From Mayamaea pseudoterrestris (taxonomy: Eukaryota): 64,000 nt of DNA. A program made the position numbers and the translations under genes. The stretch is taken from assembly GCA_027923505.1 (NCBI GenBank), contig BROI01000002.1, forward strand, positions 2,170,001 through 2,234,000, in the 5' to 3' direction. This document shows positions 29,900-43,299 of this stretch, piece by piece (within the stretch, counting starts at the first letter, position 1; each line of letters starts with the position of its first letter). Below the pieces are notes generated by a model. The model made no database searches. It saw only the letters and a list, made by a program, of their open reading frames with translations, and was not told where the DNA came from.

Positions 29900-32800
29900 T
29901 TAAGGCAGGCCCAAGCTCGCCTTAAGTAGCTGCCTATTCTTCTCTACGTCTGCTTGATCTTCATCTGCATGATCAGTGGCGTCGTATATGTTAAAGATTT
30001 GATAGGCGACAGCCTCATCAGCTTCTAAAGACAAGTCACCTTCGTTAAAAGCGGCATAGCGAACAAGCTCCTTGATAAGATCAACCGTATTCTCTTCCCG
30101 GCCACGAAGTAGCTCTCCCTTTATCAAGTCGTACGCTGTTTTGGAAAGCTTTAGTAGCGTCGACTCAAATATACTCTCGCACTCGTCAACTTCCATTCCA
30201 AGGCTTTCTTGAATTTCTGTTAGTATGTCGACATCGTTCGCGTTAATAGCTCCACTCTTTAGCGCAGGCGTAATTTCGGCTGCGAACATTCGTGTCAACC
30301 GGGTCTTGGATATACCAACATCTTCGATTAGATTCACTCCCATTGAATTACACTTTTCCCTGAAAGCCCGCAGTGATGAAGATTTTGGAGCGTCCATAAT
30401 CGCGTCAATTTCTTCGGACAAAATTTTCCTCTGGGCCGATTTGAGCATTTTCTCTCCCTCCTCGGCCGTGATAGACAGCTTGGCTTGGATGTTGGCAAGG
30501 AACATCATGTCTTGCTGATCAAGCGTGCCTTTCGTTTGCATAGCGTTCGACACAAAATTGTCGTAGACAGTGCTAGCGATGTTGCTGTTAACTCCTTCAA
30601 TCTTCGCCTTGTCAAGCCCGAGGATGCCCCCAAAGGCTGGTCGACTCGCTTCGTAACGGGCTGCCTTCTCACCTTGAGCTTGGAACCCACCGACAACAAA
30701 TTGCCGGTAAAGCAGCTCGGCCAGTTCCTGGTCCATTGCGCCACAACCAAGAGCGGTCACAGGATAGATAGTGTCGGTAGAAGTCACTTCCTCGCCAGTC
30801 TCTGGGTTCTTCGTCGTAACTTCAGCCTCCTCTGCCACTTTGTTATCGTTGTAAAAGTCAATCAGATTCATAATATCGCTCATGACGTTAATTTCAGCGC
30901 CAAGGCCTAGAACGCCATCAGCTCCTTTTCCAGTCTGGAAAAGATCTTCGCCCATGTCTCTACCACGCCGTTGAGATAACTGCTTTTGATCAAGCATCAT
31001 ACGCTCCATTTCGCTGCCGACCCACTTGGCCATTGGCTTCATTTTTTCTTCAACGGCCTGCAGAAAAAGTTTTCTGCAGTCAGTTTCCGACACGCCAAGT
31101 CTGTCCTGCAACTTGTTGAGACCTTCTTGAATCTCGGGTCGAATCACACCCGTACGACCCATGGCCTCGAGGACGCTCTTCTTGTACACGCCTCCAAAAT
31201 GTTCCATATGTGTCTCCGCCACATCCTCCTTAGCAAGGTGGAATAGTTCGCGCAAAGCTTCCAATGCCTGAAACAATTCTGGCGAGGGAAGTCCGCCGGG
31301 CGCCTTTTCGCTCACCGTCTCGACAGCCTTCGAGTAGAATGTGGCACCAACCTCTCGCACATAGTCGTCACTGAGTCTCAAATTCTCAACGACCGCTTTT
31401 ATTTGCGATTGCATATTCTTTGCTAGCTCAGGCGTATAGTCTTGGACGATTTCATCCGTTGCCACCTGCATCGCCTTATTTAGCTCAGGTCCGAATGCGC
31501 GACGTGATTCAGCCTGTTCTTGCAAATCGCTAATACCAAGCAAACCTTTTATTTCAAGTATACGATTGTAAGCTTCGTCGGTAATTTTTCCGTCTTTCAT
31601 CTTTCGGAAAGAGCGAGTCAAGAAAATGCGATACATCTTGATACGTTCCTCCGAGACGAGAAATCCGTTGGCTGACTTTTTATCCCAAGGGTTGCAAAAA
31701 CTTTGATCAAAATTGTCAAAATCCTCCCATCCCGACATTCTGAGAATTGAAACCAGCACTTCCTTGGCGTCAAGAGCCTCGGTGAGCTGCTCGAATGCAG
31801 CTGCTTCATTGTTGACTTTGGCAAACTTGTTCGCTTGCTCCAAGGGTCGTCCAAGCGACTGCATGACAATGGAAGCAACGAGCGTTTTGCTTGATTCAAC
31901 GTCAACCAGCAATTCCTTCCGTCGCTTCTCCATAGCTGACCACGCCTGACCAGGCTCCATGTTTCTACCAAGCACTTTTCCAATCGCCTCCAACGCGGTA
32001 GCTTGAAACAGTGGCGTAGCTTCGTTGGAAATTTCATATGAGGCGTCGACATCGGAAAGACCAAGCACTTCTTGTAGTTGCTTCAACTGTCAAACAAAGA
32101 GCAAAAAAATTTAAGTTTTTGTAGTCCAAAAGGTCATTGCAAAACGTTGATAGTAAACTTACGCGCTCCTGCGCATTTTCGGGAAACTTTACATCAGCCG
32201 ACAATGGCGGACTTTCGTCGCCATCAACATTGACAGCATTAGACAAGCCCAACAATTCACGCACTTCCTCATTAAAGCACGAAACGTGCATATCCTTGGC
32301 AGTCGCATCGGAAACTCCCAGTGTTCGACGTGCACGCTCCAGCATGGTCGCCGACACCTGCTGACTTCCCAGCTTGGACCGCGTTGACTTTAGCGCGCGC
32401 TGGTAAAAGGGCTCGGCCAATTCCGCCACCCGCTCCATGGCTTCACTGAGGCTATTTACGCCAAGCGCCTTGGCAGTGCGCGTCATTTCGTAGCGAAAGG
32501 CTTCCTCCGTTTCGTTTCCCTCGCGCAGCGAGCGCTCGGTCAAGAATAAAAGCTTGTCCAATGCCTGGCGGTCCGGATGGTCGGGATCATCCAGCTCCTC
32601 TTCGGGTGTGAATAAACAAGTTTGACGATACCACTTTTGTGCCGCCATGGTATGCGCTTCACCAACCTGCAAGTTATTCAAACCCAAGGCTTGGCGAACA
32701 TTCTGCAACTCCTTCAATTCATTCGTCTTGGCAACTGGATTGTACTTGACCATGCCCTGCAAATAGGTTGCATATAGTTCAATGCAGAGTGACTGATAGT

Positions 32801-33374
32801 CTTCATCTTCAACACCAAACGTTTCCTTGACTGCCAACAACGCCTGCTTGGTTTTGGCTGGATCAGAGATTCCAACGTCAATCATGGCTTGCGCCAGTGC
32901 CGGCTTGGCGTTACTTTCCGTCAATGCATCCAAGCGACTCTTGCCAACGGCACCAGCCACGCCACTCACAATGGCTCCCACGGCGCCCGCCGCAATGCGC
33001 TGCGTCGGCAAGGTCAAGCCAAAGCCAAGGGCGGCGCCAACGGGAATGGAGGCCATGCCAGCTAGTTTCCACAGCGACGGATTCTTGCGGACTTGCTTGC
33101 TCAACACGTTGGCGTCGGCAACTTCGGTTAGCTCCTGGAGTTCCTCCATGCCTCCGGATGTTTCGACGAGCATGGAGAGTGATGATGATGGTGCTTTGGT
33201 ACTGCTGCTGCGAGATGCCGTCATGGCAGCGTGGAGTCGATTCGTCGAGCCTGGGAGAAAGGATGACGAAAACTGCTGCTGCTGGCTGCTGCAACGAGGA
33301 ACAAAGGCAGCACTGTAGGCTGCAGCAGAGTCCACTGCCAGGACTGCCAGGAGTAGCGACGATGCAAACTTCAT
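29900..33374 (-). CDS. TIC110: Plastid inner-envelope translocon subunit Tic110
   Basis: Exons 33374-32163 and 32086-29900, intron 32162-32087 (GTAAGT..GACAG). Bipartite presequence MKFASSLLLAVLAVDSAAAYSAAFVP, two N-terminal TM helices, then helical repeats of the type L..L...LGL/V (e.g. RQALDKLLFLTER, LGLDKAKIEGVNSNIAS). Confidence 0.8.
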
Positions 33375-34626
33375 TTTAGAATGTCTGGGTGTGTGTCGTT
33401 TTTGATTCTTGGCAAGAGGTGCTGTCGAAATTTTCAAAGAACAATTGAGCCTTTCGAAATAATTGATCGTCTGTTTCTTCCTGACAAAATAATCACTCCA
33501 AAGCCAGTCGTCAAAGCTGCTGGTTGTTGCTCTGTTAAATTATTCCAGCAAGATTCTAACGAAAAGACGCGTGAAAATGATGAACCGATCTTTTTTCTCG
33601 TTGCTTGATGGCTCGAACTGGATGGACGGTGACGTTCCTCGATCTCCACGAGGCGATTTCGTTTAGAACCGGTGCGATGCCGAATGAGGTTCAAGTTGCT
33701 GGCTGGCGCGCACGAATGATTGTGCGACATAACAACGATGTAATGACGAAGCTATCTTGGCGTGGAGGAAGTTGTTCACTCGCGCTGTCTAATAATATGA
33801 CAACAATGCTGATGTAATGCCTTGTTCATACCTACTTTTAGCGCGTTACAAAAGAAGCGATAACCTTTGTCTGACTGTCATAAGGACAGCAAGGAAGATG
33901 CGTGGCAACCAGGGGTACTTCTACTGGTAACTATAGACCTATGCGGGTGGGAAACATTCATCAATTCGTTGCACTCTCCTGAAGTACCGGTAGTTGGCTT
34001 TATCTTACTTCATGAGCCATGCCGCCATGTCCTTACCATTCATTGCACAGTGCAAGGAGTGTGTTAGCTACCGATAGTTGTGAGTTGCGTTGCCTCTAAC
34101 GCTTGCGCTTTCAATCTTTTACTTTACTCTGACTCATCCCCCCTGGTAGCACTGGCACAACAGGCAGAAGTGGTTCTTCAAGTTTCTCTTTGATCGCCGA
34201 TGAGCTGTCCATGAAGGAAAAAATGATGGTGAAAGTGCGACAACAAGCCAGCTGATGGTTGTCCAATCATAAGAGTGAAAAGTGATCTGAATTCTCACTC
34301 GATTATCGTGCGTCTAGAAACGTGTCGGTCCAGTTCAGCTGATCTCGCCAATCATAAATTGGGAACAAGTATCATGACATTTTCATCACGCCATGTCGAA
34401 TGATGTCAGTCGTTTGATTGAAGACGAAGCTTTTCCCTCGACGCCATCACTCGTTAACCCAACAGCCCCTTCCACCATGAAGGTGAAGCCTCCAAGCCAC
34501 GTCATTTTGACCAAGGTGACGATTGTGTGTGTCGGTTCGGAGAAAAAAGATGCGGTCCATTTTCACAGACACCAAACAGGTTGCAACGCGTTGTTGAACT
34601 CGTTTTTTTCACCTTTCGTTTCCACC

Positions 34627-35674
34627 ATGAGCTCGCCGTTGACCCTCCTTGACCGCTCGGCGGCTTTAGATCCATTGGCGCATCTTGTCGAGGTTGCATC
34701 CGCCATGGCGCGGCTCCCGCAGGACTCGACTCCTCCGCGACAAACTGTTTCTCGAGGCAGCGGACCACAAACTGTCACAACCCACCAGCAGGAATCAGAC
34801 TACTTTTCGGTTGTGAGTAATGACGAAGACGAGAGCCACAAGCGCTCTCCTGCTTCCTCCATTCAATGCTACTCCAAGCGCGAAATCTTTCCGCAACGAC
34901 TGTTTGCCATTTTGAATGATCCTGCACTGACGGATGTCGTTTCCTGGCTTCCACACGGTCGCTCGTTCGTCATTATTCGTCCCGATGTGTTCACCGATCA
35001 GGTTTTACCAAAGTACCTTCCACCCACGGATGCGCGAGGGTCAACAAAGTATGCCAGCTTTACGCGCAAGTTGAATCGATGGTAAGTTTGTCGATGTAGG
35101 CTCTCTGTGCGAGTAGACAATGATGTGTGACACATTCTCACACTCCCTTCTTCTCTATTCTAACAGGGGATTCCGCCAAGCGACTAGAGGACCCGATACG
35201 GGAGCTTTTAGTCACCCGCTGTTTCAAAAGGACAAGCCCGAGCTATGTCACGGCATGGTTTGTCAGCGATCCAGAGACATGAGCTCGCCGGAAAAGGTTG
35301 TCAAGAAGACACGCAAATTGACATTATCCGCAGAAAAGAGCCGATGCCCGGTTGCGAAAGTAGCGCAACCGTCCCCTTCCAAGACTCCCGCGACAGTGGT
35401 TGCGCCTTCTGCGCTTGCAGCCGCAGTTGCTGCTGTACCAATCGCACCATTATTGGCGCCGCTAGTGACATCCCCAGCAGCAGCATCATCACCCGCTGCA
35501 ACCATGACTTGCACCATGACAATTCCACCCGGCATTACCAACAATCAAGCGCTGATTCAGGCCGTGCTCAGGCAACGCGACGACATGGAGCGAGTCCGCG
35601 CCGCCAAGGCCATGCTTTACGACGCGTACATGCAGGCGCTGCAGAGTCATGAAGGAGAAGAAGTACAGTCGTAA
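34627..35674 (+). CDS. Heat-shock-factor (HSF-type DNA-binding domain) transcription factor
   Basis: Exons 34627-35081 and 35167-35674, intron 35082-35166 (GTAAGT..AACAG). FPQRLFAIL..VVSWLPHGRSF..KYASFTRKLNRW|GFRQ..FSHPLFQKDKPELC. The start is uncertain because in-frame ATGs also exist upstream from 34393. Confidence 0.9.
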
Positions 35675-36042
35675 ACAATCTTTGCATTGGCATTTCACGT
35701 TTCGTCCGGTCAAGACGAGCCATAGATTTTCAGTCATCACTGGCATATCAGTGATGCTTTGTTCACAATCAGCGTGCACATGGGTATGTGTATGTTCGCT
35801 AGCTTATTATAAAGCACCTAGATTTTTTACAGTCAATACTACAGCTCTAACGGTACACTGCTTTAGTGAGAAAGTCTTCGTTAGTTTAACAAAGGTAGTC
35901 GGTTTTTATAATCAACTGACAGTGAGTCGAGTTCGTCGTTCGATAGTAACAGTCGCTACGGTACTCGTTTGAAAACTTCTTCGTCCGTTTCCGTGCATCA
36001 CCGCTCACCAACTCACAAAACATCCAAACTTGACAAGGCAAG

Positions 36043-38703
36043 ATGATAAAGCCGTTGCTCCTTCTTTTCGTCTTGGCTCCATTGGCGAAAAGAGGCGAAT
36101 CATTTGCGTACGCTCCCAACTTTATCACCAAACTGATTGAGGAGCAAACGGGCATTCCACCAAAGGGTCTCCTCGTGCCAACAACGAGTGATGAAGGAGG
36201 TGAAAATGCCGACCAACTTGTCGCCGAGGAAACAAGTAGCACTACAATGACTGCAACCATGACGCAAGTCAGAACCCGATTTCCTCCAGAACCAAATGGA
36301 TATCTTCATCTTGGTGTAAGTTTGCATATAGTGATGGGCATCCTCTTGTTTACAATTCTTGTTCTCTCTGCTCACACCTCGCCTTCTTCGTTCATACGCA
36401 CATTTGCCTTTTGACAGCACGCCAAGGCAGTTTCGTTCAACTTTGCCGTCGCTCGCATGTTTGGCGGAGTCTGTCACATGCGTCTCGACGACACCAATCC
36501 CAGCAAGGAAGACAAGGAGTATGTTGACTCGATATTGGAGGATGTTTGCTGGATCCAGCAAGGCTTGTACGATCCAAAAGATGGTCATCCATGGAGCGGA
36601 CCAGTGCGAAAGACTTCCGACTACTTTGATACAATCTACAAGTGTGCCGTGGCGCTCATTGAATCGGGAGATGCCTATGTGGATAGCCTGACGGCAGATG
36701 AAATGAGGGAGTATCGAGGGACACTGACCGAGCCTGGCAAGGAGAGTCCGTATCGTACGCGAACTGTTGACGAAAATATAAAGCTGTTTCAAGACATGAA
36801 GGCTGGCAAGTATCCTGATGGCGCCCATGTATTGCGCGCCAAGATTGACATGGCGTCTCCAAACATTAACATGCGAGATCCAACTTTGTATCGCATCAAG
36901 CACGAATCGCACCAAGAGACTGGCGACGAGTGGTGCATTTATCCAATGTATGACTTTTCTCATCCAATTTCCGATGCCATTGAGGAGATTACGCACTCGC
37001 TGTGTACACTGGAGTTTGAGGATCATCGACCATTCTACGATTGGACCATTGAGAAGCTCCTTCCGTCTGGACTGATCAAGGCACGTCCTCAGCAGATTGA
37101 GTTTAGCCGGCTCAATGTGCAAAGCACCGTCTTGTCCAAGAGGAAACTGATTCAGCTTGTGCAGGAAGGACATGTCCAGGGGTGGACGGATCCGCGCATG
37201 CCAACATTATCGGCCATGAGACGGCGAGGCGTTCCGCCGTCAGCCCTTCGCTTGTTTTGTGAAAGGGTCGGCATCAGCAAGGCTGACTCGAACATTGACA
37301 TTGCTGTGTTCGATGAGTGCGTTCGCGAAGTGATGGACGATCTTTGCCAACGCGCCTTTTGTGTACTTGATCCGCTTAAAATTACAATCACCAATTGGCA
37401 AGGCGACGCCGATGTGTTTACAGTCGACCGCCACCCGAAATTAAAGGAAATGGAAACTCGTGACATTCCCTTTAGCGGATCGGTTTTCATTGAGCGCAGC
37501 GACTTTTTCGACGCAGAAGGTCCCGAAGGGGTGCCAAGCGCTGGCAAGCCACCGAAAGGTTTCAAGCGATTATTACCCGGTGGACAGGTTCGACTCCGAT
37601 ATGCCTACGTTTTGCAGCTCGAAGAGATTGTCAGAGACCCCGAGACACGAGAGCCCATTGAGCTGAAATGCACGTACATTCCATCAACTAGAGCTGGGAC
37701 GACTCCTGAAGGTATGGCTCGTGTGAAAGGCATCATTCACTGGGTCAATGCCGAGATTGCTGAGGTCTGCACGGTAAATCTCTACGACAGACTCTTTGCA
37801 ACCGAGGAGCCTGGAAAAGAAACCGGCGATTTTTTGCAAGATATCAATCCAGAATCACTAGAAGTATTAAAAAATGCGGTGGTCGAGCCCAGTGTGGTTG
37901 CAGATGCTCTTGAAACCCTTAAAAATTGCAAAGCGAAGCCATTACTCTATTCTGCTTCTCTCGCTTATCAGTTTGAACGAAACGGATACTTTGCCTTGGA
38001 CGAAGCTTCGACGTCAAAGGGCAATCTTGTCTTTAACCGCGTCGTGACGCTTAAGGACACATGGGCGGCAGCGGCAGCAGAGCCTTTAAATGGCCAACGT
38101 AACCGCGGAGATGCCCAGGCAGCGAAACAGAAGTCTGCTGCATCTGATGTAGTCATCGAAGATGTCAGACGAGTTGCTTTTCGTGCGGCGACGATATTAT
38201 CTGCTGACCAACATCCTGAAGCGGATAGTTTGCTCGTTTGCAAACTTGACTGTGGTGACATTTTGGATGACGGCAAGCCAGCAGAGCATCGAACTGTTGT
38301 AGCAAGTTTGGCTGGAAAACTTTCAGGCGACGAGCTAGTGGGAAAGAAAGTTGTAGCTGTGACCAACTTGAAGCCTGCGATCATGAGAGGCATAGAAAGC
38401 CATGCCATGCTCCTGGTAGGGTCCGATGGTGGTTCTGGCGACGCAGAGAAAGTTGAACTTTTGAACGCACCAGCATCAGCATCAAATGGCGAGCTTGTTT
38501 CCTTCGAAGGAAAGGAAGCCAGTCAACCCGATACGATGATGAAAAGCAAAGGAGCGTTAAAGGCCTTTGCACGTGTAAAAGAACAACTAAGAGTCAACCA
38601 AAATGGAGAGGCCGTATTTCTTGAGGATGGCAAAGAACTTCGCATGATGACAAGCGCAGGTTATATCAAGACAGCGACGCTTAAGGACGTTGCCATTCAA
38701 TAA
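36043..38703 (+). CDS. glnS: Glutaminyl-tRNA synthetase, organelle (plastid)-targeted, with C-terminal OB-fold tRNA-binding (Trbp111/EMAP-II-like) domain
   Basis: Exons 36043-36315 and 36418-38703, intron 36316-36417. TRFPPEPNGYLHLG|HAKA (HIGH), YPMYDF, ITHSLCTLEF, LSKRKL, KGIIHWV, YQFERNGYF. C-terminal HPEADSLLVCKLDCG..RTVVASL..VTNLKPAIMRGIESHAMLL. Presequence ..AKRGES-FAYAP. Confidence 0.92.
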
Positions 38704-38919
38704 TCCCATGTTTGTACTGCATCTACGGTATCTCATCGCACACTTTAAATTTTATAAACCATTGCAAAAACCAGTTTGCCTATCTGTATGCGACGGTGCG
38801 CAATGCTTTATATTATATGTACCGGAATAGCGAACACCTTACTACCGGTAGTACGACCTTCATCAAACAGCAAGCTCTAAGAATATATGCGCACTCCAGG
38901 CAGTTAGGCTTTTCCAAAC

Positions 38920-40679
38920 TCAGTTTGATTTGACTTCACTGATGGAAGCTATCCTGCCGCAATCGCCTCGCTGGCTACTCGATGTTAGGAGCCCTTCGGC
39001 CCCCGGCTGTCGCTGAATACTGCGACGCTGTCTTCCCGGTCCAGGTGCATTGGGGTCTGTCTTTCCCATGGGGTTGGCCATGGAATTGCGGTTCAAAACA
39101 AACGTGGAACGCCTATTAAAATGCTCCAAACCCGTGGCGTCGCCATCACGGAGGGAGAGAATTTCTCTTTTCAGTATCTTATAGATGCTGTCCATTGAGG
39201 GTCGTACGGACGGGTCAGGCTCCCATGCTCGCTTCATCAGAATGCGAAGCGGGGTACTCCAGCTCGAATCGAGTGGAGGACGTTCATTGCCGTGCACAAT
39301 CAACTCTGAGTGGTCTTGCCGATTCATACCGTCATACGGAAGCTCTAAGGAGCATACTTGCCAGAGCAACAATCCAAACGAATACACGTCTGCCGTCAAA
39401 TTGTATGGCTCACTTCGTGCCACCTCCTGCATGACAAGGAATTGTAAAACTATGAGCCCATGTCTAAGACGCAGCGAACGCCACAAGCACAATGAAGTAG
39501 CTTACCGGTGCCATGTAGCGCAACGATCCAGTGTTGCCGGATAGCTCATAGAATTCCGTGCAACCATGGCGCAGTTCCGGGTCAAGCTCCTTGGCAAGCC
39601 CAAAATCAAAGATTTTCACGTCGCCTGTTTGCCAGTGAGGAAAATGAACGAAACAAAAGTCAGCGCACTTCACACATGCAAATTATGAATGCAAATTATG
39701 AACAAGCTTGTTCCCTGCTACATACCTCGGACGTCAAAGCCAATATTGTCCGGCTTTAGGTCCCTGTATATTACTTGGTTCGCATGCAAGTAGCTCAATG
39801 CAGCAGCAACGTCGAACGCCACATGCAAACGTTCCGCCAGAAACTGCCGCTTCTTATTATCTCCATGCGAAAGCGCCTTGTCAAAGTTTCGCCAGTGCTC
39901 AATCTTGTGCTCGAGCGTGCACTGGAGTCGATCCAACAGCAAAAAGTAGCCCCGCTCCTGCATGGTGGCGAAGCCTGACGTTCCAGCCGCTGCCATGCCA
40001 CGCAGCTTAATAATGTTTGGATGCGAGAGTGATGCAAGGAACTTTGCCTCCTGAATATGTAAAATGCGAATTGGTTAGCAAAATTATAGATTCTATAGTT
40101 TCTTCACAAGCCAAGGGGCGCTGAAGCAATGCCACGGCCGCACAATGACTGCTCTGAACTCGCACGTACCACGACAAGATCAGCAGCTCCCGTGCAGTAC
40201 CTGCCCGGATCCTCAAAGCTTTCATCCGACAAGAATTTAATGGCGTAGCGATGATCCTGCGAGGATTCTCGAAAGGTATGCTTGGCGACGAATGCGCGGT
40301 GCTCCGATTGCAATGGGCTTGATATTTTCTTGGCATTCTCGGCTTGATTTAAATCGTGTACCAAGTTTATTTCCTTTACTTCATAAACATTATTGAATCC
40401 TCCTGTCAAGGCGAGAGAGACATGGATAATGAGCTTGATTCACATCAGATGCGAGCCGAGGTGCAAACAACTCTCACTTTTTCATGACAACACAGCACAC
40501 TGATACTCACCCGTCCCTAGTATATCACCCAAAACAACTTCATCTCGCTCAAACCGCGGAATACACTTCTCCATGGACGGATTGACAATCTTGGAGTGCT
40601 TGCTCATGTGCTTGGCCGCTCGCGAGGCAGTCTTCCAGGCTCGACGGCCGACCTCCTCTGGACTGTAGTGATGACCCAT
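38920..40679 (-). CDS. Protein kinase, TKL-like family expanded in diatoms (450 aa, 5 exons)
   Basis: Exons 40679-40511, 40402-40170, 40050-39726, 39624-39506, 39426-38920; all introns are GT-AG and frame-consistent. LGT|GGFNNVY, YAIK, V|EAKFLASLSHPNIIKLRG, YRDLKPDNIGFDVRG|DVKIFDFGLAKE, GSLRYMAP|E, DVYSFG. Confidence 0.92.
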
Positions 40680-41260
40680 GTTTTCAATGAAGCGAGTGAA
40701 TGCAGCGCAGCTACGAGTATAAAATCACAAACTACAAGATACGCAGCACGCTTCGAACAAGAGATGCTTCTTCAGCTGCTTGGCAGTCGAGGATCAAAGG
40801 GTGCCTGGCAATGGACGAGGCAATAACCACCAAGACCGAGGCATCGAAGCTCGAACGAGATGCGCGATCACGAAACGAACGGTCATTGGCATGGTCATTG
40901 TGAAAAGAGGGAGTCACGTAAAAGGGGCATAGTTAAAAATGACTAAAATGACTGTCTATAACGGAGCTCAGCCGCCGATTCATGCAATGTTAAATGTTTG
41001 GCGCGCCGGCGCGCGCTGCTCTCCTCGTCATTCAAATCTTCGATCCTCGACTCGGCTTTCTTGCACCACCCCAGGGCAACCTTTTTGTCTATTTGGCAAG
41101 CAAGGAAACCAAAAGTCCAGAATTTTTACCTTCGAAAAAGTCTGTTGAGGGTTCGATACAGATTTTTGGCGCGTGGAATTCCATTTTCGGCGCATTATTG
41201 CATTCGTCAACTGTTTCATTCCAAAGAATTTCTCGACCGCTTCATTTGCAAGCCGAACGA

Positions 41261-42715
41261 ATGAGCTCCTCTCCATCCCTGGCCTCCATGATGAACTCGC
41301 CACTCCTATCTAAAAGCGACTCTGCTCGAGACGAGGAGGCAGGGCCATATACCGCAACGCCACGTCCCTCTCCGACTCTTTCAAAGTCGCTTCGGAAGAT
41401 TTCCTCCTATGATGATCTCGTCATGGAAGCACAACTACACGCAAACCAGCAACACTATCGATGCGCAGCAATACAAGTGGCAATATCCAACGTCTACGAA
41501 AAGATCCAGTACCTATGGCATCAAGGTCCACCTTCGTTAGAGTGGCACCTTGTGGTGGCGCTGCTAGTTTGGTACATTGTCGGCCTGGGAGCAATCGTCA
41601 CGACCAAGATTTTGTTGACGGAATGGAACGTTCCGCCATTGCTCTTGACGTTGCAGCAATTCATTGTTGCGAGTCAATTGCTGAAACTGCGCCTATTGCT
41701 TTCGAAAAGCGGCATTGCGCCGTGGCCGTGGAACAACGAGAGTAAACATCAACTCCAATCGAATGCAGCTAGTCCAGCAAGCCTCAATATGAATGCGACC
41801 GAAATCTCATTGACAAATTCATCATCAAACAGCATGGAGCATACCAATTTATCAACATCTGATACTTCAACATCGGGAAGCATGGACTTTTTGCTGACTG
41901 GCCTATTCAATTCACTCGATCTGCTCGCCACCAATGTCGCCTTTGCCACTAGCGCCGCCTCCTTTGTCGAAACCATCAAGAGCGCCGATCCAATCACAAC
42001 CACGGCAGTCGCACTCATTTGGAAGGTTGATCGACTCGAAAGTGACGAAGGCGTTTGTCTCTTCGTCTTGGTCACCGGCATGCTGCTTAGTACGTGGGGC
42101 AATGCCTCCAATGAGGAGTCACCGTCCATGGCGTCTTCGACGCAGGCGGCTGCGACAGTCATGACGGCAAACGTTTGCTTCGCCTTTCGCGCCATGTCGC
42201 AAAAGCTTTATCGCAGGCACGCGGAACAACCAATGAACGATGAAAACTTGCTGGCCAAAATGTTTCAAGTGGGAGCAATGGCTCTCTCTGTTCCGTGCTT
42301 GATTGTTTACGCAAGCTATCTAAGTCACGCACTGGAAGCTCCGCGGGAACTGCAACTACAGTACGCAAAACTGGCTGGCGCCAATGCCGTTGCGTTTGCC
42401 ATGTATAAGTAAGTGCAACAGTTTGCTGCTCTGTGAAACCAGAACAATCCCACAATATTGCTCATACCCTCTTGTCTGTCTATCTAAAACGTTAGCCTGG
42501 CGTCCACTTACGTACTGAGTCGGCTGAGCGTGTTACAACACTCCACTCTTGGATGTTTGAGGAGAATGTTTGTCGCGATTGGTGCTTGCTTATTCTTTGG
42601 GGTGCAACTGGAATTCTTTGGAATCGTTGGACTGCTGACGAGCTTTGGAGGCTTTTGCGGCTTTACATTCTATCGGGCGCAGCGGATGCGACGAGAAGAA
42701 AAGTCGGCTGTCTAG
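41261..42715 (+). CDS. Triose-phosphate/nucleotide-sugar transporter family (TPT/SLC35E-like, DMT superfamily)
   Basis: Exons 41261-42408 and 42496-42715, intron 42409-42495 (GTAAGT..GTTAG). Multiple TM helices; ASFVETIKSADPITT and Y|NLASTYVLSRLSVLQHSTLGCLRR match TPT-family motifs. No bipartite presequence. Confidence 0.8.
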
Positions 42716-43299
42716 TAGGCGCGGTGGGGTGAGATGGAGCCACGGTAGAAACAGCGGAGCTGCGGCAGTCACAGGGTCCGGCTTGCATGATTTACAGTGC
42801 GTGCGAGCTGTCGAAGCTGTTTGCGGGATTGCTTGGAACTGACACTTGCATTGCGTTATGTATTCACTGCGAGGCATTCAGGGAAGCTAATTTTCGATGA
42901 CAGTTGTCCTCGCAGCATATTGCATGATGTTGGCCAGCATTTAAGGTTTGGAAAGCACATTTTGACCGCCAGTGCTTTTTCGTGGAGCTGCTTTACATTG
43001 TCGTTACATAATGCCGAATGTATCTTTGTCATTCCGTATTCGGTAGGGCTGCATAGCAACTAAGATACTGGTGTTGGTAGCAAAGCGGCAGGAAGATCAA
43101 CTACCATTACAGTATTTCCCATAATAGCCTCAACCCTAATTACGATAAAGATCATGTGTGAGCCCCTTTCGAATTCCTGCCACGTGGGATGCCTGGAACA
43201 ACGTCGACGTTCTGACCAGCACATTGGCAAACCGGTTTGCCTCACAAAATCCCTCCGATCACCATCCAAGTCTTTCGTTATACATCATACTGTAACACC

